DNA of 64,000 bases, taken from assembly GCA_032718475.1 (NCBI GenBank), contig JAUCBJ010007040.1, forward strand, positions 61,638 through 125,637, written 5' to 3'. Position numbers and translations under genes: made by a program. Positions 37,301 to 52,300 of the stretch are shown piece after piece; the first letter of the stretch is position 1, and every line of letters begins with the position of its first letter. The notes beneath the pieces were generated by a model, which was not told the origin of the DNA, did not search any database, and worked only from the letters and a program-made list of their open reading frames with translations. This DNA comes from Nemertoderma westbladi (lineage: Eukaryota; Animalia; Xenacoelomorpha).

Positions 37301-40300
37301 GCTGGGAAACCTACTCTCCTCTGCCCACTTTCTTACTGTCACCTCCCTATCTGGCTCTACTATCTCTTGTTTCTCCTCTACTTCCTCTGCGTCTTCGGTG
37401 CCTGGTATCATGCACCCAGATGTCTCTGTCACACTGCATGGGATGTTGGTTTTAACTGGGCCGCTAAGCGTCCATCCGAACGGCGTGAGGATCGCCGCTC
37501 GGGTCCCGCTGCCTGTCTTCGCCGAAGACCGTCCGTGTTCTCTCGTGGGCCGTCGGGCAGTCCATTCCTACTATAATGGACACCTTCCTAACGTCCACCT
37601 TTGGTATTGAGAAATCGATACCGTCCAGGAATCTATACTGCTCGACCTCAATGTTGGTTGGTCGCCTGGCGTTGATATTTATCGATTCTATGACGTGGAT
37701 GGGGTCGATCGTCGCCCCATAGTCGCATCCCGGTGCAATCGCTGCTATCCTGCACCGCCCCGTCCTCGTCTCCAGGACCTCATCTTTACTCGAGACGGTA
37801 GTTACCGCCATTCTATTCGGCCTCGTCTTTAGCCCTATCTCTTCGGCCACCCAGTTCTCCACCAGCGTGAAGGCTGCTCCGCTGTCGACCAGCATTAATG
37901 TCGTTACTGATCGACCGCCCTCTCCTGATATCTTTACTGGTACTACCCCGAGTAGTACTTTTCTCTTCTTCTCCTCTTCTGTCATGCTTGTAGCCATTGT
38001 TTGGCCTCCAGTCTCCTCCTCTCTTGCTGCTGTTTCTCTACACTCTCCGGGTCTGTGTCCTTCTACCACACATCGATGACATAGTCCGTTTGCGTCTGTG
38101 TAGGCTACACGATCTTGTTTGGGCAACGCTTGCCAGTGCTTACAACTCCTGGTCTTATGGGTTCCGTCCCGGTGTAATTGACATTCGAATCCTGGATTAT
38201 AGCGTTCCCTGTATAGTCCCTCACGTATCGCGCGTAGGTTTATATGTACCGATTTAGTGTTTTGGTTGTCTGCACTCGGCCTACTGGGTATGTTGGGATT
38301 ATGTTTATTCATGGTGTTATTTTCTTTCTGTCCCTGCCACGGTGTGGCCCTACTCCCAGCTAACTGTGGGCTTGTAGCCCCCTGTGTGGCCGCATGTGGT
38401 AGTGACTCTCTTACTCTTGAGAATGGATCCGTCGGATTATGTTCGGGTCCAGGCCTGTTGTATTCGGTCTTTGGTGCCTTCCCTAAACTATCCTCACTAT
38501 AGACTGGGTCTGTAATTAATTCGGCTTCATAGTTTAGGAAGCTCGACATTTCTTCTAGGCCCGGTTCCGCACCTTTCTTCTCTCGAGTGGAGAAGGCGAT
38601 CTTCCTCCACTTTCTCCGCAGCCAGATCAGCAGTGCCTGCGCTATCGTGGTGATGTTGTTAGACGCATTGAGTTCGTATGGTGCGTCTAGCGTCTTCAGT
38701 ACGATTAACGCCTTCTCGACCTTGTTTGCAAACGTCTTTATGCTAACGGGATTATCCTGTAGGCCACCCGATGTTATGCCTCTCATTGCCTCACGATGTC
38801 GTACGCTGGGCCTCCTGTATATACTTGCAGATATTTTAGGCACTCCGCCTGCGTCAAGTTCTTACTTAATATCTCGTTGCTGTACATGCGCCGAAACTGC
38901 AGGTATGCTTCCGGCCAACTTCCGTCAAATTTAAATGGCTCGACTGGTGGTAACTCGATCCTGGTCTTTAATGCATCGATTAATGTGGCCATTCCCATCG
39001 CTTGCGCTTCCAATGGGTTCGATGGATGTTGTACAGACTCTCCTATTGGGTGCAGTCCGTTCGTCCTATCTGTTGTTGATTTTATTTGTTGCGTCGGATA
39101 TATCATTGGGGGTAACGGCCCCCTCCATATTTCCGTGTCGCACGACCTATTCTCGTCCAAGGGGTTCGATGTTCTTGCTCCTATTGGGGTATATTGTTGA
39201 TATTGTAATGGGGGAATGTCACCCTGCCCCCCCCCCCCCCCCCCCACCGGTATGTTTGGTACTGGGGTTGATGTTAATATATTGGGGCACATACATCTAT
39301 CTACAATAACTCTCCCCTCCCCTGGATATATGTTATGTCCCTGTGTATTATAGTCATGCTGCTGTACCGATATAGGCCTACCTACCTCTCGCCTACCTAC
39401 CGGTATGTACTCCGCGACTTCCGGGTTTAATCCCGTCGTCCGCGCTACCCTATCGCCTACTCTATCTCTCCCAGCATGGCCTATAATAGTATGTGCAGTA
39501 AGGCCTACAGTATGTCCTGCAGTCTGCATGTGCCCTTCCGAACCGAAATTTAATCTTCTCAAATCTCGAATCTCCCAGTGACTACCGTACTCTCGATCAG
39601 CAGCTATATCCCGTCGGGAAGTTTCTCTTCGATCCCCTCTCCTGCTCTCGTTCTCATTCTCATATCGGTACATCCTGTACCCTTCTCCTGGTGTGCGGTG
39701 TGTCTCCCCGGGGTGACGGCAATCTCCCGGAGTTCGACCCCACTGACTCCCTAACTCCATCTCTACTTCCGACGGCTCGCTATCTGTCCTCGCTCTCTGG
39801 TTGCTCCTAGCAACGACTCTTTACTAATCTTCTTCTCTCTTCTGACTGGGCTCGACGTCTCGTCGCTCGCCCTCTCGCGACGTTAACCTCTCCCTCTCCA
39901 CTCGGTCGCACGCCGCTGGGGACACTCGCAATCCCCCCACCACTCTCCATCGCCGGGCGCCGCGGCTCACCCAACTCGCCCCGCGCACTATCCGCCGACG
40001 CCTGTGGGGAATTATCTGCCCCCCCCCCCCCCTCTCGCTACTAATCTTCCGTGGTGGGGCGCCCGTAGCCCCCCCCCCCCCACTCGCCATTTCTAACTTC
40101 ACTATCTCTTACTGCACTTCTACACCTATACATACCCATACATCTATCTACAATAACTCTCCCCTCCCCTGGATATATGTTATGTCCCTGTGTATTATAG
40201 TCATGCTGCTGTACCGATATAGGCCTACCTACCTCTCGCCTACCTACCGGTATGTACTCCGCGACTTCCGGGTTTAATCCCGTCGTCCGCGCTACCGCTA

Positions 40301-43300
40301 CCCTATCGCCTACTCTATCTCTCCCAGCATGGCCTATAATAGTATGTGCAGTAAGGCCTACAGTATGTCATGCAGTCTGCATGTGCCCTTCCGAACCGAA
40401 GTTTATTCTTCGCGAATCTCGAATCTCCCCACGACTACCGTACTCTCGATCGGCAGCTATATCACGTCGGGAAGTTTCCCTTCGATCCCCTATCCTGCTC
40501 TCGTCTTCGTATCGGTACGTCCTGTACCCCTCTCCTGGCGTGCAGTGCGTTTCTCCAGGGCGACGGCAATCTCCCGAAGTTCGACCCCACTGACTCCCTA
40601 ACTCCATCTCTACTAGCGACGGCTCGCTATCCGTCCTCGCTCTCCAGTTGCTCCTAGCAACGACTCTTCTATTATCTTCACTTCTTCTCTCTTTGACCCC
40701 TCTGTTAAACTCCACTAATCTTCTATCTTGACCTCTCTATTAAACTCTACTAATCTTCTCTCTTCTGACTGGGCTCGACGTTCCGTCGCCCGCCCTCTCG
40801 CGACGTCAACCTGTCTCTCTCTGCTCGATCGCACACCGCTGGGGATGCTCGCAATCCCCCTATTATTCTCCATCGCCGGGTGTTGCGGTTTACCTAACTC
40901 GGCCCGCGCATTATCCGCCGACGCCTGTGGGACACTCTCTGCCCCCCCTCTCTCGCTACTAATCCCTCGCGGTGGGGTGCCCGTAGCCCCCCCCCCCCCA
41001 CCCGCCACTTCTAACTTCACTATCTCTTACTACACCTTTGCGTTTCTCTTGTCGGACACTCTCTACCCCCCTTCTCTCGCCACTAATCTTTCGTGGTGGG
41101 GCTCCTGTAGCCCCCCCCCCCCCCCCCACTCGCCACATCTAACTTCACTATCTCTTACTACACTTCTATACCCCTCTTTAGTCGACGCACTGTCTCTACT
41201 ACGGCTGGGTCTATTCACCCCCGCCTCTCTCTCTACTACTGCGAGGCCTACCAAGCCCACCTCGGGTTGGCTCAACCCCGCTACCTCCTGCCTACCAACT
41301 GCGTGGCCTGCCAGGCCGCCGTTGGGTTGGCTCAACCCCGCCACTTCCTGCCTACTAACTACGTGGCCTACCAGGCCGCCGTCTGCCGGGCTATACACGT
41401 CTGGCACGTTCACATTAATAGCACCATTCCCAATATTATTTGTTAAATCAATTAAATTATTTGAATTTGAAACGGGATTATTATTTAAATTATTTAAATT
41501 AGAATTGCTATTATTTTCAAAATTTAAATTATTATTCGAATTATTTGAATTATTCTGGATATTTGAATTAATATTATTATTTGAATTTAAATTACCGGGT
41601 AAAATATTTCCTGTAATAAAGGGATTAGGGTTATCTACTATGGTACTATTAATACCAACATTTCCTAACGTACTACTACTACCCCCCTCGCCCGTACGGC
41701 TACTGTACGTGTACCGCACGCTCTGTTCTCTTGCCTCACGCTGTTCGCGTTCACTCTCTTGCTCCTTCCTTCCCCTCAGTCGCCACTCTAATTCTTCCAT
41801 ATTTAATTTATATGCCATGCGTTCACTCTCTCGCACCCGTCTTTCTTTTGCGGAGGATGTAGCAGACTTATCGGTTGCGACGGACTTCCGCCGCCCCTCC
41901 GTCCTACTAACTTTCCCCCGCTTTCCGGGGTTCTCGCTGACCGACGAGACCGAATCCTCGGAGCTAACCTCGGATTCGCCCTCGTGCGGTCCCGCCCAAC
42001 CCACTAACTTAACTTCCCTGGCATCGACTAAGTATGGCCCTATGTACACTACATCAGGCCCCATACCCCTACGTTCCCATAGCCCAAACAGTTCGAAGGC
42101 AACCCCTCTCGCCCTCTCCTCGGCTAGTTCTCCCTGCCCAGAACGCACTAGGTATTCAAAGTATCTGTTCGACTCACCTAGTCGTCTCCTCAACTTCACC
42201 TGGTCTATCTCAGCCCCTCCTCTTGGATTACCGGATCGTTTGTCGACGGATCCGGCGTCGTGGGTAAATACCGTCTCGTCGCGGCCTCACGGATCGTTAG
42301 GTTAGATCGTCGCCTGGGGTCCGTGGCGGTGTCGTCTTCTCTTCTCGACTCATCCTTTCTCTTTACTCTAGCGGTCACAGTTTATTGCGTTGGTTTATAG
42401 TTTGACTGTGACGGGATCAATGGATCCCGACTGGTTATAGTTAGTACGCGTCACAGCGGGCTGATGGGTGGATATGATATAATATATATAAGGTCTGAGT
42501 TCGGTGTTCAACTGAAGTATAATATTGTAATATAGATGATAGCAATAATTGGTAGATACAGGTACCGGTAGGATAATGTATACAGCACCGCAACGACGGT
42601 CAAACTATGTGGCCGGTCCGCGGTAAACTAATCACTGAGTAAACTGACCGGTAATGTGGTATGTAACATAATATATATTGGTTACTGCACTGTGGCCTTG
42701 CTACTCAGCTGATGCCTGCCCCCCCCCCCCCCCCCCCCATTGGCTACTAATCCACTTCACACCCTTTGCCCTGTGGGGGTGTTTCCCCCCCCCCCCCCCC
42801 CCGCTGCTGTTACTTCCCTTCTCCCTGGAGGCTTAACCTCTGACCTCCATTGTGTGAGGCCCTCTGGGGTTTGTTGTCCCCGTTTTATTGGGGTGACACG
42901 AGGTTGATATTGGTAATCAACCTCGTGCTCCCAATATTGCTTAGAGGCCTCGCTGGCCCAACTTTGTGGGGTGTTAGCGGAATTGATTCGCTAACACCTA
43001 CTGTAGTTGACCTACCAATTTTTTGCTCTAAATCATAATTGCCAAACCTCAAAATAAGTGCAGAAGTGTACCTACTGTGGTACGTTACCGGTAAGATGCA
43101 TACCGTTATGTTGCACAAACCAAATTCGTCAAAGAGAAAGTGAAATCAAAATGCGTAGGTACCAGACTGCCGGTATGTTGCTCTAAGCTAAAATGGTCAA
43201 ACAGAAAGTAAACACCATAAATAAAAAGCAGAAGGTACCGTAGGGCCTACAGTTTGCAGTTTGCAACCAGTGTAGGTTATCAATTATTACACTTCGGCCT

Positions 43301-46300
43301 ACACCCCTTGGAAAAGTAACTATTTAAAATCCTCAGCCTTTGGCCTCGGATTTTAAACACTTAATTTTCCGCGGGCTTCGGCCTCAGCAACAGCAGTTGG
43401 TTTGCGGAAAAATAAAATCACAAAATACCGGGCAAAAATAACAACCCTATAGACCAACATTAGTTCAGTGTTATTTTTTCCAGGATTTGTTTTGTAACAA
43501 CATATTATATTACCAATACAATATAAAGTTGACATTATCTTGTTAACTTAAATAAGACTATTATCTAATCCATGGCATAGGTTTTGATGTTTTTGCAATT
43601 ATGATTTGTGTATTTATATAATTTAATAAATTCCTCCATTCTGTGCTTCAGATATTGATGAATGTTCTACCAATTCTGATAATTGCCACATTAATGCAAG
43701 CTGCATGAACAGTGATGGTAGTTTCTCCTGTGCATGTAATTTGGGCTACACTGGCAATGGTGTTTCCTGCAGTGGTAAGCACATATCATCTTATATTAGC
43801 AATACAATATAAAGTTGACATTATCTTGTTAACTTAAGACTATTATCCATGGCATATGACTTTGATGTTTCTGCAATTAGGATTTGTGAATTTAGAATTT
43901 AATAAATTCCCATTTTTTTGATCTTCAGATATTGATGAATGTTCTACCAATACTGATAATTGCCACATTCATGCAAGCTGCTCGAACAATGATGGTAGTT
44001 TTACATGTGTATGTAATTCAGGCTATTCTGGAACTGGTGTTTCCTGCAATGGTAAGCAAATACCAGATAATATTACCAATACAAACAATACAAAACAAAC
44101 TTCGACACCATCACCTTAAAATCCTATTATCCTGTCATATTGCTTTTAATTTAATTTTTTTGGAGTATTAATTTGCAAATTCATAATTTAGTAAATTACT
44201 AATTTTTGTACTTCAGACATTGATGAATGTTCTACCAATAGCGATAATTGCCATATTGATGCTAGCTGCACAAACAATGATGGTAATTTTACATGTGCAT
44301 GCAATTCAGGCTATTCTGGAACTGGTGTTTCCTGCAATGGTAAGGAAATAACATAGATACTGTACATTGTTGGTAGGACCTAACATTTCCTTGACCTCTA
44401 TATTTTACTGTTTACCTACCGGTACCGTGTTACTGTACCCATTTTCCTTATGCTCTATTTGATATTATTATGGTAGGGGCTTAAATGCACAACGAGCAAC
44501 AATGACCAACAACGAGCAACAATGACCAACAACGAGCAACAATGAGCAACAATGAGCAACAACAAGCAACAACGAGCACCAATGAGCAACAATGAGCAAC
44601 AACTAGCACCAATGAGCGACAACGAGCAACAACGAGCACCAATGAGCAACAACGAGCACCAATGAGCGACAACGAGCAACAACGATCACCAATGAGCAAC
44701 AACGAGCAACAATGAGCAACAATGAGCAACAACGAGCAACAGTGAGCAACAACGAGCAACAACGAGCACCAATGAGCAATAAACGAGCAACAATAGGCAA
44801 AAATAATAAACTCGTTGTTGCTCATTGTTGCTCATTGTCGCTCAATGTTGCTCGTTGTTGCTCATTGGTGCTCGTTTTTGCTCGCTGTTGCTCGTTGTTG
44901 CTCATTGTTGCTCGTTGTTGTACTTTATTATAGCTCGTTGTTGCTCGTTGTTGCTCGTTGTTGCTCGTTGTTGCTCATTGGTGCTCTTTTTTACACATTG
45001 TTGCTCGTTGTTGTACATTATTATAGCTCGTTGTTGCTCGTTGTTGCTCATTGTTGCTCGTTGTTGCTCATTGGTGCTCGTTGTTGCGCGTTGTTGCTCA
45101 TTGTTGCTCGTTGTTGCTCTTGTTGCTCTTGTTGCTCGTTGTTACTCATTGTTGCTCATTGTTGTCTCGTTGTTGCTCATTATTGCTCGTTGTTGCTCAT
45201 TGTTGCTCGTTGTTGTTCGTTGTTGTTCATTGTTGTTCGTTGTTGCTCATTGTTGTTCGTTGTTGTACTTTATTATTGCTCAATGTTACTCATTGTTGCT
45301 CGTTGTTGCTCATTGTTGCTCATTGTTGGTCATTGTTGCTCGTTGTACATTTTAGCACCTACCTATTATTATACCTTTACCTTGTCAGCTTGTTACATTG
45401 TCAAATGTATGGATGAATGTGTCAAATAATGGATTGGCCATAGGCCTACCTATTCCCTATCACATGCTTATCCCCTTTATCTGGTGTGGTGGCAATGTTG
45501 TGGATACGACCTCACAAAAGATTTCAACTGAAATTCACTAGAACCCCAACCCTACAAGCCTATACCAGTATATACTGACGGGGTCGGCAGTATTTAGTAA
45601 CCATCATTATTTAGGTATGCCAGGGAGTTAACGAAACTGCTTCGGATAAACCTTGTTAAAAACTGCCATAAAATAACTATATTGAAATTGTCTGGGTCTA
45701 TTAACATTCCTGCAGATATCGCAAGTCCAAAATGCCCTTGAGTGTCTTACTCCAACCTGCCAAATTTAAAAATTTCGCACCAAAAATTGGAGTCATGTCA
45801 AACAACCTCTCAATGATCTGTCATCCAACTATCGCCACACAAGAAGATGACCAAAGTGATGGTATTATCACTGATACAGGGTCAGTTGTGATGATAAAGC
45901 TTTGTTCAGTACTTTTCCTACAGGTAGTATTCAGCATGAGCATAGTGATGACATACAAGATGAAGATGATACCCCAATCTTCATCACTCTCTCTACTTGG
46001 CTACCCCTAAAAGGCGAGTGTGCATATCTTTGCCTTATCAAACCCACATAATACAGGGCACTCAACCTCCAGATGTGAGACAGGAATCCGAGACATGAAA
46101 TTATATATTGTGTTGGCTACTTTATCACATGATGGACTTGTACAGGTTCGCCATTCCTAACCCCTTACTGCAACAAAGGAGCTCATTGTTGTCCCACATA
46201 TAGTTATAGGTGGACTTCTCAATGCTATACACTTTAGGTTAAATCACCCTTCCACCTCCCAGCTTCGACATTATCACATACTATTTTTCAGCACTGGACT

Positions 46301-49300
46301 TAGAACAGTCACTTGTTCAAATAGCACCTCATTGTCACCATTGTAATTCCTTAAATAAAGTGCCATGTTTTGCTGTTGACCAAACTACTGCCATTATAGT
46401 AATTATTACTGCCAGTAGTATAGGAACCTCGTTTGCAGCTGATATTCTTTGACAATCAAACAGTATATTTTAGTAGTATGAGAAGGATTTACTGCTTATA
46501 CTACTACATGTATCATACCTGATGAGAAAGGAGCGACATTACGTTATCGACAATAAGATTATGTTCAGGTTTAACACCACTTCAAGGCTCACACTGCAAC
46601 GTACGAGTTGACCCTGGTACTGGATTCAACTCACTGAAAGATGATCATGGTCTCTGTTATCTTAACCTTATAGTCGATGTTGGGTGTAAGAAGAACATAA
46701 ACAAGAAGACCATGCACTGCTAAGAGAGCAGTGCAGGAACTATGTTATGAGATTTTCAAGGAAGATCCCTCTGGAAATATAATCTCACCAACAATGTTGA
46801 TGTTGGTTAGGCCTACCTCTCGTCTCAATTCCAAACTGATATCCTCTGTCCTTTTATGCACGTGAGATGCTTTACCAACATGATCAGTAATCAATGTTCG
46901 TAACCCTATCCTTTCGGCCACCCAACTCTCCGTTAGCATGAATGCTGCTCCACTATCGACCAACATCAGTGTCGTGACCGATAGCCCGTCCTCTCCTATT
47001 ATTCTCACTGGTACTACAGCGAGTAGTACTGTCCTCTTCCTCCTTGCTCCCATCGTGCTCGTTGCCATGGTTTGGCCTCCAGTCTCATTTGTCTCGTCGT
47101 GTTTCATCGGTGGTTTCTGGCATTCATCCAGTGTCCTCCTACCGCGCATCGGTGACATAGTCCATTCTTATCAGCATAGGCTATCCGATCTTGTTTGAGT
47201 AACGCCTGCCAATGCTTACAGTCCATGGTCTTATGGGTTCTATCAATATGCAATTGACATTTGTATCCTGGATTGTAGCGTTCCTTGTATAGCCCTTCAC
47301 ATATCACGCGTAGATTCATATCTAGCGGTTTAGTGTTGCATTCTGTGCTCAAAAAACACTGAACAACGAAATGTAAGCCGACTACTGATTCGAATTGACT
47401 CAGATAGATTGCTTACTAATATCCTACAGCGTTTGAATAAACCACCCGTTCCAAGGCAAAACTAATATTTCTGAAATGTTCTAAATGTTGCTGCTAATTA
47501 AGGCAAAAAGGTGATACCCCCATTTAAATATCACATGACTGAGTCAAGCTAAATTTGCTATATTGTAATCTAGATTTAGCGTAGTACTTTCAATATAATA
47601 TAGGACTAATTTTGTAATAAATATAAATTGAAATCTGACAGCCGAGTTCCGTTAATTATCGGCTATAAGCCGCTTTTATACAGGTCCCATTTCCAAATAA
47701 TATCATTTTGGCTTCTCCAAAACTGTAATACTTCCAATGAACCAACCGAAAGGGAGAGTCTGTCTATTATGGATGATCAAATAGCTAACCAGCCCAGCGT
47801 GTGATAGTGAATGATCCCCAAAATCGAAAGTCGCCTAGTGATAGAAATATATATAATCAGAATTGTTAGTCCCCCAAATAATCCCAATGAAATGTAGAAT
47901 CGAAGCACCTATTTTTACTGTCGATTCCCCTCCCAAAACTAGGAATGGTTGGAAATGGGCTGGGCTGTTCAATAATCTAATGCGGTAATACGACCTTTAA
48001 TCCAAAATGTACTAATTAAATCAAAAAAATCCTAGGTGTTAGCGAATTCAATTCCGCTAACCACCCCATAAAGTTGGGAAAGTGGTGCCTTTAAGAAATA
48101 TTGGGGAGTATGAGGTTGATTACCAACCAACCTCGTATCACCCCCAATAAACGGGGACGACAAACCCCAAAGGGCCGTACACAATGGGGGTCAGAGGTTA
48201 CACCTCCGGGAGAGGGAAAGTAACAGTAGCAAAGGGGGAAACACTCCCAGAGAGGTGGGAAGCGAGAATTAGGTTACTAGCCAATGGGGGGCAAGCATCC
48301 GCTGAGTGATAGGGCCAATGTAGGGTGATTAGATATATATTACCGGTCGGTGCCCATAACATTCAGTAGTTTGCTCAGTCACATTATTGTTTGCAGAACG
48401 GTGACACTTTAAGACCGTCACCGCCGTCACCAATACACATTATCATTACCGGTATACTGTGATGTCATTACTCTGTCTATCTTATATACATATATCTTAT
48501 CAATAATACTGGAAGAACGCCGTCACCGCCGTCACCAATACACATTATCATTACCGGTATACTGTGATGTCATTACTCTGTCTATCTTATATACATATAT
48601 CTTATCAATAATACTGGAAGAACGACAAACTCTTTTCTTTCATTCGCACGGCATGGACGCGTATATAAACCAAACAGGTTGGGATCCTCTCATCCCGTCA
48701 CAGTCTTAAAGTCTAAGAACTGCCAAATTGTGACTGCCAGCCACCAGAGAAGAACAGAGTAAAGATGAGTCAAGGGGGAGAAAGGACACCGCCGCGGACC
48801 ACGGACGACAACCTAACGATCCGCGAGGCCGCGGCGAGACGGTATCGACCCACGAGGCCGGATTCGTCGACTACAGACGATCCGGCAATCCAAGCGGAGG
48901 GGGGCCGTCTACAACGAGGACGAGAGGACGAGTCGACACGCGGCGGCGGTCGAGTTACCGATGTCGCCGGCCAGCCACAGGCCGAGGGCGATGGACGGCC
49001 CACCGGAACAGCGATGGTGGGGCCGCCGGTACGACGCCGAACACGGAGAGAAAGAGGGGACGTCGGCGACGAGGACGTCGGAGTCAGCGACTGGCTCCGA
49101 TGAGTCTACAACGCGAAGAGGAGGCAACTGAAGGAAGACAAAGAAGGAGCTTTTATATTTCATCGACATATCAGCCTGCTGTGACGCGTACTTACTAGAC
49201 CCGGTTGGGATCCCTCGATCCCGTCACACTTATCATATTTAGTATAACAGTAAATTGACCAGATTATTTGCATAGTTACTATTTGAATCAATCGGACACT

Positions 49301-52300
49301 AAATTACGAGACCCCCCCCCCCCCCCCCCCCCCCCAGCTCTCTCCCTGTGTTTAGCATTTTACTGGCCTTGCTATTTTAACTGTCCAACTATTCAATTAT
49401 TCTTTCCCTCCCTGACACTAAACCATTGATTACATATAAAAATTAATTTGGGTGATAAAATATTTATATTTGCAAAATTATCAAGGCCACATAACGCCGA
49501 TTTACACTTACACGCTAATTTAAAATTAACTTTCTAATAAGTTTACTCATTATACTTTATTTTTTTTACGTAGTTTACTTTAACACTTTTTGAAATTAGT
49601 TTCCTTTTATAATTAACTCGTTTTTTATATTTAAAACTAGAAAGCCAGCAAGCTGGCTGGAAGGAGCCCGGGGGAAGAATCCTATTTGCAAGACTATTAC
49701 AAATAAACCTTGTCGGTCAGCAGTAAGTAAACTAAACAATTGTCTAAATTATAAGGCGTGGGGCTAGCTGACTTTGTGTCTCGTCCCACATAATAAAAAT
49801 AGGAAACTTTGCTATGACAACACACCCGGTTCTTTTAAATTTGCGTGATTTGAGTTTTATGCTCGCACCACTATTTGTAAGAAATGTTAAAACTTATCTT
49901 ACAGTATGCCAATGTAGTAATGGTATTAAAATATAATTAAATTAATTTACACTATGCATATATCACATATTACACAATTTACACTAATGCTTCAGCTAAA
50001 AAATGATGCTAATCCTATGTAATAAAAACAATAAGAATACTATTTTTAAGAACTTTCTACATATATCCTATACAAAATAACCAGCCCAATGATTCGTGGA
50101 ATAATAATATAATCCTACTGCATTTGTATATTTTATTTTGTTTATTGACAACTCAACTATTTTCTGTCTAACCCTGAGAGCTGATAAAGGATGTGTAGAC
50201 TCAGCCAGCAGCCAGCAGCAGGAGGGGTGTAGTCAAGAAATTCTGCCTTGATGGAATTATATCTCATGCAGCCCTGCACTCAACCATTACCACACAGCTA
50301 GCTGCTGCAGCAGCTCAGGGAGGAGTTGTTACTTTACTATTGCTTTTAATTTCGCGACAAAATAATTTAAAAAAAAAACGAAATATATCGAATACCACAC
50401 ATAGAATCTATCTGATATTTTGTAACGCGATTATGAACCACCAAAGCAATTTACTTTTAAAATTTCAACAAAATCGCCAGGCAGGAAGTGCCTGAACCTT
50501 GATAATTATCAGTCAGTCAGTCAGTCAGTCAGTGTTATATATCCTGAGATTTTTACAGTAAGTATCCCGCAGATTTTTACAGTAAGTATCCCGCCTGTCG
50601 AGCGGGCTCCTAATTAAAATTTACAATTTGGAATTTCTGTACAATCTAAGTAGGTTAGGTTAGGTTAGTTAGCTAGGTTAGTCTCTTTTAATGAACATTC
50701 TCAACTCACTCTCAGCTCACTCTCCACACTATTGCTGATGAAAGTCGATGAAACTGATCCTGATTCCAATCTGTCAATGGTCTAAGATCACTAGATGACG
50801 ATGGTCCCGCCATGTATAGGCTCAACTGACGACTCATTTCAAATTTCTTTGAAGTAGACGGTAGAAGATAGGAAGTCGTTGTGGATAGATTTATGTGCCC
50901 TAGGTATCTGTGAACTGTGTGTGCTGTGTCTGTTAACCTCTGTGCTAGGTTAACTGGTTGGCCACAATCTACCAATGCTTGGGGTGCCGTTTTACGACAG
51001 CAAATAGGGGTAAGCTTCTTTCCTCCTTGTATCCCAGCTTTCGTTATTAGAATCGTAAACATTTTAGCGAATTGATGCTTTCCTACTGGTTGCTCACAGA
51101 ACCATTTCTCACTTGGCTTGGTGTTATGCTTTGGACATATGAAGTATGGCTGCAAACCATCTACCTTTCCATCGGGGAAACGTTTCATTATGTAGAAGTC
51201 ATGAAGTGTAACTGCACACAGACTTCGATCCGCTTTGTACTCATAAGCACTTGGTGAAAATTCCCTGGGGGCCGAATCGTCGTGTCACATCTTTGTACTA
51301 CATTCCTTTAGTTTTAGGTAGTATATAAGCCCTCTTCAGTGTTATAGTGCTTTGTTATGTCGCCCACAAGTATTTTTCTCATCTCCTCGTCTGGACGAGC
51401 TCCAAAATCTGTTGTAAGTACTATATACAACATTTCGAGTAGCATTTTTGGATTCTCCATTCCAAGAAGCCCCTTTTCCCTCATAGCCTTGAAATCGCCT
51501 TCCTCCATTGGGTTACTGGCTCTTTCAAGATTGCCTTTACCAGCACTTTTCGTTTCTGCTAATTTAGTTTTTAGGATGTCTCTACTAAGACGAAACTCAG
51601 GGAGTTCTAGCGCATTTCCTAACCCTAGCTCTTTCAATATGGGAAGGACTCCCTAAAAACGACGACCTTGTGCAACTTTTTCACCAGTTTTTTTCTTATA
51701 CTTACGGATAAATCCGTTGAAATGTTTTGCTAATTCCCCTCTTTTCGATTCCTCGCTCACTTCTTTGATTGTTTCACTGACATTGTTTATGTCGAGTTAT
51801 TTTTGAAATGCTGCGACAGAACACAGAAACAGTGGTGGAATCAGTGGTATGGACGTTTCTGTTCGTTAATCTGTAGCTACTCGTCATCGGTTTTGTCGTT
51901 TTGCAATAATTGAAGAGATGACTCATCCCTGAATCGTTAAGCTGGTGGTATAGTTTCATCATTTCCCAATGTGGAATCCATTGAAATAAATTGATCATTG
52001 GCATTGAAGAGATTTTCTAAACACACCAGATCAACTAAATCTAAGTCATCCATGCCTAATCGGTTATACTGGTTTGCAATACAATAGATCACAGCAAAAA
52101 TGTTTAGGTAAACAGAATGTGAAACCAACGCACCGTTCTGCCATTACTCGCACCTACTATAGGCCTACTGTAGTTGACCTACCAATTTTTTGCTCTAAAT
52201 CATAATTGCCAAACCTCAAAATAAGTGCAGAAGTGTACCTACTGTGGTACGTTACCGGTAAGATGCATACCGTTATGTTGCACAAACCAAATTCGTCAAA

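Noticed and set aside
40728-42305. 525-aa plus-strand ORF and similar antisense ORFs over the LTR elements
   Set aside because: Antisense shadows of the minus-strand retroelement ORFs, low complexity, no motif
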